Of a stretch of DNA of 64,000 bases, positions 8,937 through 18,494 are shown piece by piece. The translations under genes and the position numbers were made by a program. Origin of the DNA: Desulfomonilia bacterium (GTDB lineage Bacteria > Desulfobacterota > Desulfomonilia > UBA1062); NCBI GenBank assembly GCA_050014195.1, contig JBEKDT010000010.1, positions 32,001 through 96,000 on the forward strand. The letters are read 5' to 3'. Below the pieces are notes generated by a model. It was not told where the DNA came from, did no database searches, and saw nothing but the letters and a program-made list of their open reading frames with translations. Position 1 is the first letter of the stretch, and each line of letters starts with the position of its first letter.

Positions 8937-9806
8937 ATGAAGCATGCCTTCATCCTCGTAATAACGGGGTTATCCGGCTCAGGAAAGTCTACAGCCCTGA
9001 AGGCAATTGAGGATGAGGGTTTTTTCTGCATGGACAACATGCCTATCGATCTCATGGATAAATTTTTGGAACTTTATGACTCGGCTTCCTTTAATATCCA
9101 CAAAGTATGTATCTGTATGGATGTGAGAGTCGGGGCACCTTCGTTTGCAGAGAAGGCGCCATGGCTTATCTCTAGACTTCGGTCTTTTGCCGATAATGTC
9201 AGGCTTATCTTTTTGGAATCAAGCAAAGAAAACCTCTTAAACCGGTACAAGGAAACCAGGAGACGGCACCCTTTAAGCGATTCTTATCCGAACCTGCTAG
9301 ATGCCATTGAAGCAGAGATTGACCTTATGTCGCCTCTGAGAGGAATGGCGGATATTATTGTGAATACGTCACAGATGAATGTCCATGAGCTTGTAGCTCA
9401 TATCAAAGAGATAACTTCAACGGAAGACAGATCCAGGGACATGTATATTGAGGTGTGCTCTTTCGGTTTTAAAAAAGGTATTCCCATGGATTCGGACATT
9501 GTGATGGATGTTAGATTCCTTCCCAATCCGTATTTTATTGAAGAACTCAAGGATAAGACAGGATCTGACATTGAGGTGAAGGAATACTTAAGCTCGTTTA
9601 ATACCTATACCCGGTTCATGCAAAAATTTGAGGATCTTATTACATTCATCCTCCCGCTTTGCAAAAAAGAGGGCAGGGCATATCTGAACATCGCAATCGG
9701 CTGTACCGGAGGAAGACACAGATCAGTAGCGATTGCCGAAGCGATCAAGGAAGCAATAGAAAATGCCGGATATCCGAGCAGGCTGAAACATCGTGATATC
9801 TTCTGA
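8937..9806 (+). CDS. rapZ: RNase adapter RapZ (YvcJ/YhbJ P-loop protein)
   Basis: ITGLSGSGKS, ETRRRHPL, SFGFK, DVRFLPNPYF and IGCTGGRHRSV. Confidence 0.96.
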   Translation: MKHAFILVITGLSGSGKSTALKAIEDEGFFCMDNMPIDLMDKFLELYDSASFNIHKVCICMDVRVGAPSFAEKAPWLISRLRSFADNVRLIFLESSKENLLNRYKETRRRHPLSDSYPNLLDAIEAEIDLMSPLRGMADIIVNTSQMNVHELVAHIKEITSTEDRSRDMYIEVCSFGFKKGIPMDSDIVMDVRFLPNPYFIEELKDKTGSDIEVKEYLSSFNTYTRFMQKFEDLITFILPLCKKEGRAYLNIAIGCTGGRHRSVAIAEAIKEAIENAGYPSRLKHRDIF

Positions 9807-9820
9807 GGAGGTCCTGGTTT

Positions 9821-10234
9821 ATGGTCGGTATTATTATTGTTGCACACGGTGAACTTGCCCGTGCTTTTGCAGATACAGCCCAGATGATCGTAGGGCCCGC
9901 AGAGGCATTCAAGGCGTGCTCTTTTGTCCAAGGAAGTGATGTGGACAGCCTTCGCAAGATGCTTAAAACCTCAATTAAAGAGGTAAACAGGGGCGCAGGT
10001 GTCATTATCCTTACCGATATGTTCGGAGGGACTCCCTCCAATATAAGTCTCTCATTCCTAGAAAACGCAAAGATCGAGGTGATTACGGGTGTGAACCTCC
10101 CCATGGTAATCACCGCGCTCACAAAGAGATCGGGCAAAGATATAGGAGAACTTGCGCGGATGTTGAAGGAAGGGGGGGCTAAGAATATCCATATAGCTTC
10201 CGAAATCCTTGCAACGAACGTGGCTGAAAAATGA
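9821..10234 (+). CDS. PTS mannose-family EIIA
   Basis: IIIVAHG, LTDMFGGTPSN and GVNLPM. Confidence 0.94.
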   Translation: MVGIIIVAHGELARAFADTAQMIVGPAEAFKACSFVQGSDVDSLRKMLKTSIKEVNRGAGVIILTDMFGGTPSNISLSFLENAKIEVITGVNLPMVITALTKRSGKDIGELARMLKEGGAKNIHIASEILATNVAEK

Positions 10235-10719
10235 ATGTAGTACTTGTCAGAGTGGATGACAGATTTATTCACGGGCAGATCCTCGAATCCTGGATACCAT
10301 ACTTAAAAGCACAGGGTATAATCGTTGCCAATGACGGACTTGCCGGCGATCAGATTCAAAAGACAATCATGTCTATGGCAATACCTGAAAGAATCAAACT
10401 TAAGATCGTGTACCTGAAAGATGCAGTACACCTCCAAGGTGACCGGGAGTTAAATGAAAAACGATGTTTGGTAATCGTATCTACTATAAAAGATGCGTAC
10501 CGATTATTTTCATGTGGTTTCACCTTCACCAGACTCAATATTGGGAATAACAAGGCTTCTAACCCTTCAAAACAGCTATCATACTCAGTATGGGTGGACA
10601 GGGAAGACCTCGATTTGGTGAAGACACTCATGGACAAGGGAGTGGAAGTAACGCTCCAGTCCGTACCTCGAGAGCGTCTTATTGACATGAAGTCTATAAT
10701 TGATATGGTAGATTTATGA
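10231..10719 (+). CDS. PTS mannose/sorbose-family EIIB
   Basis: RVDDRFIHGQI, VAND and LNIGN. Confidence 0.93.
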   Translation: MNVVLVRVDDRFIHGQILESWIPYLKAQGIIVANDGLAGDQIQKTIMSMAIPERIKLKIVYLKDAVHLQGDRELNEKRCLVIVSTIKDAYRLFSCGFTFTRLNIGNNKASNPSKQLSYSVWVDREDLDLVKTLMDKGVEVTLQSVPRERLIDMKSIIDMVDL

Positions 10720-11390
10720 TTATATCAGGTTTTTGGGGTGTGCTTGCAGGATCTCTCCTCTGGCTGGACAGGGTTTTCATTTTTCAGCTTATGTTCAGCC
10801 GTCCCTTGATTATGGGGCCGATTATTGCTTTTCTCATGGGGGATATGAAGATAGGGATACTTATTGGGGCGTCATTAGAGCTTCTATGGCTTAATGCCCC
10901 GCCTGTGGGGAGTTATCTTCCTAACGATGAGAGCTTCTGTACTGCCGCTGCGGTCCCTGTGGCCGTATTGGCAGGCTCATCCATGGACCATACTGCAGCA
11001 GCAGGATTGTCGATTCTCTTGAGCTTACCGGTCAGCCTTGTCGGCAGATCTCTTGATATACGCTTGCGAACTATCAATGAAAGACTGATTACTCCAGGCG
11101 GCTTGATCTCAGAAAAAGATGTAGCAACGGTAATGAAAAGGGCCGTTGCAAGGACATTCATTGTGGCGTTTGTAGTGCTATCTTCATGTGTAACAGTACT
11201 TGCGGTCATGGCGCATCTTATCAGAACAACTCTACCGGATGCAGCACTTACACCGCTCATGTACATGCCATTTACCTGTATTATCATAGGTCTTGCCGCT
11301 CTTGTCTCCAGGGAGATGCCCAGGAAGTCACATGTAGGTGTATTTATCTTGGGTATGGCCCTTGTACTCCTGCTCACATGGATTCTATAA
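10716..11390 (+). CDS. PTS mannose-family EIIC-like membrane protein
   Basis: Hydrophobic; LDR..FQLMFSRPL, LELLWL and PVGSYLP; follows EIIB. Confidence 0.85.
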   Translation: MIISGFWGVLAGSLLWLDRVFIFQLMFSRPLIMGPIIAFLMGDMKIGILIGASLELLWLNAPPVGSYLPNDESFCTAAAVPVAVLAGSSMDHTAAAGLSILLSLPVSLVGRSLDIRLRTINERLITPGGLISEKDVATVMKRAVARTFIVAFVVLSSCVTVLAVMAHLIRTTLPDAALTPLMYMPFTCIIIGLAALVSREMPRKSHVGVFILGMALVLLLTWIL

Positions 11391-12589
11391 CTATTTGCAA
11401 AGCATCTTCAGAGAATGTCCCGGACATAATAAAAATAGAGTGCATGTCATTTCCATCCCCCTGGGATGAGGAAACATTTATCAACACGCTGGAAGATGAA
11501 AGGTGCATCTCTGCAATAGCTGTTGAGGACGGTATGCTTGTCGGTTATTGTCTTGGCTTGAGACTCACCTCCATGGTTCACATCCTCAATCTGGCGGTGC
11601 ACCCACACTTTCGCAGGTGCGGCGTAGCAAGGCGGCTTATAAAAGAGATACTTATGGACGCCGTTGCTAGAGACAAGATATATGCTGTCTTGGAGGTGAG
11701 AAAATCCAATGTGCCGGCGCGATTGCTCTATGAATCCCTGGATTTTTCTCATGTGAGCACATGGTACAGATATTATACTGATACGAACGAGGATGCAGCC
11801 ATTATGGTGAAGGATTTGAGATCAAATGTGGCTCAGGATGTGGAGTGCACGGTTGTAAGAAATGCCGAAGTAGCAACTCAAACCTTTTATATGGAGCTTG
11901 AGGGAGAGATGCCATTATTCGTGCCGGGGCAGTTTTCAATGGTGCAGGTAAGTAGTGCGAATGATCCGTTTCTCCGGCGGCCTCTGGCAATTCTTGGACA
12001 GAAGAACATGCATCAGGAGTTGCTCTACCGCATCAGGGGAGAAGGTACGAGACTCTTATCCAGAAAAAAGGAGGGAGATAGCATCAAGGTGCTTGGACCT
12101 TTAGGACGAGGATTCACAGGACATGACGGAAAGGATATTATCTATATAGCCGGTGGTACCGGTTTGCCCCCGATCCTCTCTCTTGCAGAGCGTATCAAAT
12201 CCGGTCGTTTTATCATCGGGGCCAAAAATATATATGATATACCTTTGCTTCAGCGGATAAAGGCCATCCCGAAAACCGAGATTATCATAATGACCGAGGA
12301 CGGATCACTCGGAAATAAAGGTATAGCAACAGATGCATTGAAGGATATCACGTTGCACAAAGAAAAAGGTGACGATATGTTTATTTATGCCTGCGGGCCC
12401 GAAGGGCTGCTACGGGAAGTATCCAGGCTTTCGGCAAAGGCGGGAGTCTTGTGCGAGTTTTCACTGGAAGAACGTATGTCATGCGGCTTCGGTGCATGCA
12501 CCAGCTGCGCAGTCAGAACTACAAAAGGCAATAAAAGAGTGTGCCGGGAAGGGCCTGTTTTCAATGCCCTTGAGATCATTTGGAGTTGA
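11378..12589 (+). CDS. Fusion: RimI-type GNAT N-acetyltransferase + dihydroorotate dehydrogenase electron-transfer subunit PyrK
   Basis: ATG 11378 is in frame with track ORF 11186-12589. N-half SFPSPW, HILNLAVHPHFRRCGVA, LEVRKSN..ARLLY, RYY..EDA (RimI). C-half PGQF, LRRPLAI, GPLGRGF, GGTGLPP, YACGP, EERMSCGFGACTSC..RVCREGPVF (PyrK 2Fe-2S). Confidence 0.9.
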   Translation: MDSITICKASSENVPDIIKIECMSFPSPWDEETFINTLEDERCISAIAVEDGMLVGYCLGLRLTSMVHILNLAVHPHFRRCGVARRLIKEILMDAVARDKIYAVLEVRKSNVPARLLYESLDFSHVSTWYRYYTDTNEDAAIMVKDLRSNVAQDVECTVVRNAEVATQTFYMELEGEMPLFVPGQFSMVQVSSANDPFLRRPLAILGQKNMHQELLYRIRGEGTRLLSRKKEGDSIKVLGPLGRGFTGHDGKDIIYIAGGTGLPPILSLAERIKSGRFIIGAKNIYDIPLLQRIKAIPKTEIIIMTEDGSLGNKGIATDALKDITLHKEKGDDMFIYACGPEGLLREVSRLSAKAGVLCEFSLEERMSCGFGACTSCAVRTTKGNKRVCREGPVFNALEIIWS

Positions 12590-12591
12590 GC

Positions 12592-13503
12592 ATGGATACA
12601 TCAGTCAGGATTACTTCCGGGCTTGTACTGAAAATTCCTCTGATGAGTGCATCCGGGACCTTTGCTTATGGGGAGGAGTTTTCCGAGTTTTTTAATCTGG
12701 GGCTGCTTGGAGGTGTCGTCACCAAGGGACTGTCCATTGAACCAAAGGAGGGTAATCCCACACCACGGATTGTAGAGACCCCCTGCGGCATGATAAATTC
12801 CATTGGACTTGAGAATGTAGGCATTCCAATCTTTTTGGAGGAAAAGCTCCCATTCTTAAGAAAGTTTGATACCCATATTATTGTGAACTTCTTTGGTACA
12901 ACTGAAGATGAATACGTCAGAGCTGCCCAGGCCCTTGATAAGGAGGGGATCTCAGCCCTGGAGATGAACGTTTCCTGTCCCAATGTGAAAAAGGGCGGCA
13001 TCGAGTTCGGAAGAGATCCTGAGGGCCTCTATGGTCTTGTAAAGAGGGTCCGCGGGGTTTGTGGAAAACCGCTGATCATAAAGCTTTCTCCCATGGTCAC
13101 CGATATCACGGGAATTGCATTGGCAGTGCAGGAAGCTCATGCCGACGCCATAACATGCATTAATACCCTTCCTGCGATGGCCATTGATGAAAAGACACGC
13201 AGGCCGGTTCTTGGTAATATCGTTGGAGGGCTATCTGGGCCGGCCATCAAACCAGTTGCCCTCAAGATTGTATGGGATGTTTATCGAACCATAAACATCC
13301 CTGTTCTCGCCTCAGGAGGCATTTCAACAGCCCGGGATGTTATTCAGTTCATGCTGGCTGGTGCTACAGCAGTACAGATCGGCAGCACCGCCCTGAGGGA
13401 TCCGTTCTGCTATCTGAAGATTATAGATGGAATCCGTTCATACATGTCGGAATACCATGTCGAGTCCATAACCGATCTCATCGGGGCCATTGAGACCGGA
13501 TAA
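12592..13503 (+). CDS. pyrD: Dihydroorotate dehydrogenase 1B catalytic subunit
   Basis: ASGTF, GNPTPRI, NSIGLEN, NVSCPNV, KLSP, INT and GGLSGPAIKPVAL. Confidence 0.96.
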   Translation: MDTSVRITSGLVLKIPLMSASGTFAYGEEFSEFFNLGLLGGVVTKGLSIEPKEGNPTPRIVETPCGMINSIGLENVGIPIFLEEKLPFLRKFDTHIIVNFFGTTEDEYVRAAQALDKEGISALEMNVSCPNVKKGGIEFGRDPEGLYGLVKRVRGVCGKPLIIKLSPMVTDITGIALAVQEAHADAITCINTLPAMAIDEKTRRPVLGNIVGGLSGPAIKPVALKIVWDVYRTINIPVLASGGISTARDVIQFMLAGATAVQIGSTALRDPFCYLKIIDGIRSYMSEYHVESITDLIGAIETG

Positions 13504-13541
13504 GAACCCTCCTTCAACATTGAATATGAGGAGGTCTTGTC

Positions 13542-15827
13542 ATGTTACATGAAACAGGACGGTCCAATCCCCTTGTCCTAGTGTTCACTGCACTCTGTTG
13601 CGGAATCTTCCTGTGGCTTCGTGACATCCCATCACTGGGTTTCTGCTCCGTCATCCTTGTTTGCCTTCTCTCTAAGCAAAGGATCATCCATGCCGTCATA
13701 GGACTTATATTGGGGATCGTTTCAGTCTGGCTTGCCCCTTCATGGGTATCCCTCGATGAAGGGTTGTATCAGATTGAGGGTGTCTTGTACTCATCCGAGT
13801 ATTCTCGAGGTACCCATAGAATGGTCCTTGAAGATGTAATGGTGGATGGGAAGAAGGTGAGGGGACATGCCCAGTTAAGTGTCTACCAAGATATTGCCGA
13901 TATTGCGCCGGGTTCTGTAGTGAGTACTGTTGCAAAATTAAGAACACTGACGGGATACGGCAACTTTGGTGAGTTCGACTACAAGCTCTATCTCCAGACC
14001 AAAGGTATTGTGATGACGGGTGTTGTGAGCAGATCAAATGCCCTCACCATCAAGAGATATATGAAACCAAGCGGCCTTAGATATGCAGTGAACACTTCTC
14101 TATCTCAACTTGCCAGGCCCGATGCCGAGGTGTTGAAAGCCATGCTCACCGGGGATACATCGGGGATAACGGATTCGATTCAAGACTGTTTCAATGCTCT
14201 TGGTATATCACATCTCATAGCCATCTCAGGGCTAAATATGACCATTGTCATAATTATTGGTTATACGACGGTCTTCAGCCTCTTGAGGATTATTCCTCCA
14301 CTTTCCCTCAGGCTTGACACGCCCCGCATAGCACTGATCTGCGGGATCATAGGCGTCATCATCTATACTATTTTTGTAGGGCCCAATATCCCCACATTAA
14401 GGGCAGCCATCATGGCCGGTTGTGTCATTCTCGGCCTTTTCTTGCTCCGGAAGCCGCATATTCTTGAGAGCCTGGCAATTGCCGGAATCCTCATCCTTAT
14501 CAAATGGCCATATTCCTTATACTCTGCGAGCTTCCTTCTCACGTTCGCAGCCGTCCTGGGTATTATCGCCACGATCCAGAAGGGCGCTGCATTTCCAAAA
14601 TGGATACATTCTATAATTATCCCGATCGTTGTTGCCGTATTCACTATGCCCATACTTATCTATCTTTTCGGGTTTATCTCGTGGAGAGGTATCATTGCCA
14701 ATATCATTATGGTACCCTTCTTCAGTCTTGCTATCATGCCGCTTGGGACTGCCGGACTCATCATATTCCCCATCTCGCACACAGTTGCTTTATTTTTATT
14801 CTCACTCGCCGAGGATGCAATAGGCCTGCTGATGTTGACAAGCCATACATTCGGTTCTTTGATTGCCGTGCCGAGATCATCGATCTATTGGGTATATTCC
14901 TGTTATGCAGGTCTGATCATTGCCTTCTTCGCGGCAAAATCAGCATGGCGTAACATCTGTCTCGCTGCCTTATGTATCACAGTTGTATTCATCCCCGTCA
15001 TAGAGCACCGCATTGTTGTTGCAAGCCCACTTTGCTTTGATTTTATCAATGTGGGCCAAGGGGACAGTATTCTCTTGACAAAAGGACCCCATGCAGTCCT
15101 CATCGATGCCGGTCCTGGACAGGCAGGGTTTGATATGGGCAGGTATATCGTAGCGCCTCATCTTCTGAGCAGGGGTATCGGATCATTGGATTTGGTAATC
15201 ATAACCCACATGCACCCCGACCATGTTGGCGGGATCTCCTATATACTGGAACGATTTCCTGTTAGAGAGGTATGGACAAATGCCTCACAGATAGACAATC
15301 CCAATTTCCAGGAGGTTATGCGCATAACAAAAGAGAGATCCATTCAAATGAAAAGTGTTTGTCTTGGAGACAGTTTTTATCTGGGAAATATGGCCCTTGA
15401 AGTTTTGGGCCCTCTCACACAGTTTGATACCCAAAAAGGGAAGTTGGATCAAAATATGCAATCAGTGGTTGTGCTGGCGGGTGATAACAACATGAAAGGG
15501 CTTTTCATGGGTGATGCGGACATGTTCGGCGAGCTTATTATTGCGCATCTGCGAAAGAACATCAGACCCGATGTGCTCAAGGTTGCCCACCATGGTGGTA
15601 TAAGGTCATGCCTCGATCCGTTCCTTGATGAAGTAAGGCCTAAAATTGCTGTGATCAGTTGCGGCCGTAATAATGTATATGGTGATCCATCCCTTCAAAC
15701 CGTCATGCGGCTCGAAAAACGGGGTATAAAGACATACAGGACGGATCAGCACGGAGAGATAATGATTACATCTTTGTCACCCGGATTCAATGTTAAGTTG
15801 GGCTATTTACCTGCCGATAATTATTAG
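13542..15827 (+). CDS. comEC: DNA internalisation competence protein ComEC/Rec2
   Basis: OB region GNFGEFDY, competence domain GISHLIAISGLN and RAAIMA, metallo-beta-lactamase domain NVGQGD, THMHPDHVGG, LKVAHHG and RTDQHG. Confidence 0.95.
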   Translation: MLHETGRSNPLVLVFTALCCGIFLWLRDIPSLGFCSVILVCLLSKQRIIHAVIGLILGIVSVWLAPSWVSLDEGLYQIEGVLYSSEYSRGTHRMVLEDVMVDGKKVRGHAQLSVYQDIADIAPGSVVSTVAKLRTLTGYGNFGEFDYKLYLQTKGIVMTGVVSRSNALTIKRYMKPSGLRYAVNTSLSQLARPDAEVLKAMLTGDTSGITDSIQDCFNALGISHLIAISGLNMTIVIIIGYTTVFSLLRIIPPLSLRLDTPRIALICGIIGVIIYTIFVGPNIPTLRAAIMAGCVILGLFLLRKPHILESLAIAGILILIKWPYSLYSASFLLTFAAVLGIIATIQKGAAFPKWIHSIIIPIVVAVFTMPILIYLFGFISWRGIIANIIMVPFFSLAIMPLGTAGLIIFPISHTVALFLFSLAEDAIGLLMLTSHTFGSLIAVPRSSIYWVYSCYAGLIIAFFAAKSAWRNICLAALCITVVFIPVIEHRIVVASPLCFDFINVGQGDSILLTKGPHAVLIDAGPGQAGFDMGRYIVAPHLLSRGIGSLDLVIITHMHPDHVGGISYILERFPVREVWTNASQIDNPNFQEVMRITKERSIQMKSVCLGDSFYLGNMALEVLGPLTQFDTQKGKLDQNMQSVVVLAGDNNMKGLFMGDADMFGELIIAHLRKNIRPDVLKVAHHGGIRSCLDPFLDEVRPKIAVISCGRNNVYGDPSLQTVMRLEKRGIKTYRTDQHGEIMITSLSPGFNVKLGYLPADNY

Positions 15828-15848
15828 GAAGGACTAGGAGGGCTTGGA

Positions 15849-16358
15849 TTGCATACAGATTCCGGTCAGGATTATCAAATAAACAAGAGAGCAGGGTTCT
15901 CGCTTATTGAGCTGATGGTTGTCGTCATAATCATTGCCATCACAGCAGCAATAGCCATACCGAATATGTCCGGCTGGTTCGGCAAAAAAAACCTCGATTC
16001 CATTTCACTGCAGATGTTCTCCGATTTTCAGCGGGCCCGGAGCGAGGCCATAACCAGAGGCCGTACAGTCACAATCCAGATTAATAAAGCTGGAGGCTGG
16101 TATGAAATACATGATTCTACGAATAGTCAGATTGTTCCGCAAACTACCATGCTAAAAAATACTACCATAGCTAAAGTCGATGGATTTCCCCTCAATGCGT
16201 CAAATGCAAACACTTCAGGTATAAACTCTCGGGGTTTTACAACAACCCAGAGAGGTTATGTCATGATCAATTGCACATCAGCCTCGGGAGTGAAAAATAG
16301 GTACATCGTCCTTAATGTTGGCGGGATGATTCAGATACTAGACTCGGCACCGTGGTGA
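15849..16358 (+). CDS. Type IV minor pilin, FimT/FimU (GspH)-like
   Basis: Prepilin motif KRAG|FSLIELMVV, AIAIP and ARSEAI. GGAGG RBS before the TTG start. Confidence 0.88.
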   Translation: MHTDSGQDYQINKRAGFSLIELMVVVIIIAITAAIAIPNMSGWFGKKNLDSISLQMFSDFQRARSEAITRGRTVTIQINKAGGWYEIHDSTNSQIVPQTTMLKNTTIAKVDGFPLNASNANTSGINSRGFTTTQRGYVMINCTSASGVKNRYIVLNVGGMIQILDSAPW

Positions 16359-16957
16359 ATATGCAGCTAATACAAAACAACAAAGGCGTCACACTCGTGG
16401 AGCTCATGATCGTCCTGGTCCTCTCGCTTCTGCTCATGGCGGCTGTATACCTGACTTACCAGCTCCAGCAAGCATCCGGTCAGTCACAGACCCAGGTGGT
16501 AGCCACCCAGCAGGATTTAAGGGCTGCAATGGACATCATATCCGTTGACATCATGAATTCCGGCGCTAACCCGGACTATTCCGTAACCAAACAGCAAATC
16601 CAGGGTATAACCAATACCAGCGGGGCATCCTCACTGGAACTCGTGATGGATCTTAACGGTAATGGTACCACGAACGGCGCAAGTGATATAGGTGAGGATG
16701 TCATCTATAGTCTGCAAGGGACAAGCCTTACCCGGACGTGTGTCAACCCTACTGGAAATATAACCCAGTACATTGCAAACAATGTTACCCAATTGACTTT
16801 CACCTACTTTGACTCAACATATACCCCGATCGTGCCTGCTCAATCGGTGAAATTTATTCGGGTGTCCCTCATAAAAAACAGTGATCAGGTTGATCCGCAG
16901 ACACATCAACCGGTCACCAGGCAACTTGAGCGCATTATTTGCAGACGGAATGGATAA
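16352..16957 (+). CDS. Type IV minor pilin PilW-like
   Basis: NKG|VTLVELMIVL and QQDLRAAMDIISVDIMNSG. Confidence 0.85.
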   Translation: MVNMQLIQNNKGVTLVELMIVLVLSLLLMAAVYLTYQLQQASGQSQTQVVATQQDLRAAMDIISVDIMNSGANPDYSVTKQQIQGITNTSGASSLELVMDLNGNGTTNGASDIGEDVIYSLQGTSLTRTCVNPTGNITQYIANNVTQLTFTYFDSTYTPIVPAQSVKFIRVSLIKNSDQVDPQTHQPVTRQLERIICRRNG

Positions 16958-16962
16958 TAATC

Positions 16963-17379
16963 ATGAAACATATGGATAAGGTGATCATTTATTCCTCTCA
17001 TAAGAAGCCAAGCGGGTTCACGCTCATTGAGCTCGTTGTAGCCATTCTTGTCTTTGCCATAGGCCTCGTGGGGATCTTGAAGATGCACCAGGCCTCCATA
17101 CAAAGCAATAACTTCAGCATGCAGCTTACTCAAGCTATGAACATAGCTGAAGATAAAATTGATTATCTGCGTGGACTAGGTGTGAATAACACTTCAATGA
17201 CCGTTGGTACACATAACTTTGTGACTGTTACGTCGATGGGTGTGCCGTATGCGATCACAACTACGGTATCGGTGACGCCGAATACCAATAGTTTAGGAAG
17301 AAACGTCAATCTCACAATCACATGGAATGAAAAAACCATTCCGCACAGCCTCGACTTAAACGAGACATTTACACCATGA
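16963..17379 (+). CDS. Type IV minor pilin PilV-like
   Basis: SG|FTLIELVVAILVFAIGLVGI, TQAMNIAEDKIDYLR and VNLTITW. Confidence 0.85.
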   Translation: MKHMDKVIIYSSHKKPSGFTLIELVVAILVFAIGLVGILKMHQASIQSNNFSMQLTQAMNIAEDKIDYLRGLGVNNTSMTVGTHNFVTVTSMGVPYAITTTVSVTPNTNSLGRNVNLTITWNEKTIPHSLDLNETFTP

Positions 17380-17401
17380 ACAGAGCCAGGGAGCCGTTGA
17401 T

Positions 17402-17857
17402 ATGATGAAAAATGTCCTGAAAGACCGGGAAGGCGTGGTTCTCATACTCGTGCTCATCGTCCTGGTGGCTGCCATCATCATGGGTGTGATGATCATCAGA
17501 TCCTCGGTCCAGGAGTCGAGAATAGCGGGAAACGAGCGCAGGTATCTCACCCAGTTTGCCGATCTCGAGAGCGCTGCAAACCTTATCCTGATAGAAAATA
17601 CACAATCAGTTGCTTCGGTGTCTGATGGCATTGGTAATACATTCACTACCGTGGCAGGGGCGGGGAATTCATTGCCGCCAGGGACAAGTGTCACCGTGAC
17701 CCTTACGAATATCGGTCCAGCTCTAGTGAATACAGGCAACGGGACTAATTTAAAGACCAGGTATTATACGATCGTGGCGACAGATAGTACAGATAATCAG
17801 AGTGTTACCGTAGGCGCATACGAGGTATTCCCTTCAGGGCAGACAGTCGTGCAATGA
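17402..17857 (+). CDS. Type IV minor pilin PilX-like
   Basis: DREG|VVLILVLIVL lacking Glu5 (a PilX hallmark) and ESRIAGNER. Confidence 0.8.
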   Translation: MMKNVLKDREGVVLILVLIVLVAAIIMGVMIIRSSVQESRIAGNERRYLTQFADLESAANLILIENTQSVASVSDGIGNTFTTVAGAGNSLPPGTSVTVTLTNIGPALVNTGNGTNLKTRYYTIVATDSTDNQSVTVGAYEVFPSGQTVVQ

Positions 17858-17889
17858 GCCTCAAAAATGAAAGAGGAATTGATGTTATG

Positions 17890-18012
17890 CTAAGAAATAT
17901 CCGTGAGACGCTGCGGGTCATTGCCTAAAGCAGAGCCTTGAAGCACTTCACCATCCTTAAAAGCAACTTCCACAGCCAGTCTTAAAGGCGTTGAATCTGG
18001 AATATGTTTCAT
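17890..18012 (-). pseudogene. Short relic resembling a family of small deltaproteobacterial proteins with a VEVxFKDGExLxGxxLGYDP motif (DUF6982-like)
   Basis: Manual translation MKHIPDSTPLRLAVEVAFKDGEVLQGSALGNDPQRLTDIS*. Family resemblance is from memory and unverified. Confidence 0.35.
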
Positions 18013-18058
18013 CACGAGATCTTTAGATTAGGTCCAGCAGGGCCGTTCCTCATCCCGA

Positions 18059-18472
18059 TCACTTCGGGGCCATCAGCTTCTTGTAGACCTTAGTGTCGGC
18101 AGCGCCGAGGATATGTGAAACAATGTGTATTTCAGCAGCAACAAACCCGTCTTTCTGTATAGCATCATTTTCGTAGCACTTTGCAAAGACAATGGTTCCC
18201 TTTTGCAACTTCCCCATGTCGTACTCATTCCCGTAATTATCCGTGATAAGGGTCTTAAGCTTCTTCCCTGCAATGGTCGTGTCCACGATGGTCACCTTTT
18301 TTTCTGCAACGACGATGTAGTGCTTTCCTACATACATGATGCTCCCTTGGATTGCCTTTGGGCTCCCTTCCCAGATGGTGTCCGCATGAGCATATGAGAG
18401 CGGGATCAAGATGACTGCGAACAGCGCCGCAATTAATCTTAGGATATTTTTTCTGTTTGGTATTTTCATCAT
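18059..18472 (-). CDS. Secreted hypothetical protein downstream of pilY1 (PilY2-like position)
   Basis: Signal peptide ending ..SYAHA|D, beta-rich, AGGTGA RBS, co-oriented 22 bp after pilY1. Confidence 0.75.
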   Translation of the reverse strand: MMKIPNRKNILRLIAALFAVILIPLSYAHADTIWEGSPKAIQGSIMYVGKHYIVVAEKKVTIVDTTIAGKKLKTLITDNYGNEYDMGKLQKGTIVFAKCYENDAIQKDGFVAAEIHIVSHILGAADTKVYKKLMAPK

Positions 18473-18494
18473 ATTATCACCTTTCTACTGGGCT

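Noticed and set aside
8734-8940. 68-aa ORF overlapping the rapZ start
   Set aside because: TTG start, no RBS or recognisable motif; more likely the divergent promoter region.
11186-11377. N-terminal extension of the RimI-PyrK ORF in the track
   Set aside because: Overlaps EIIC in another frame and is not protein-like; ATG 11378 matches the RimI start.
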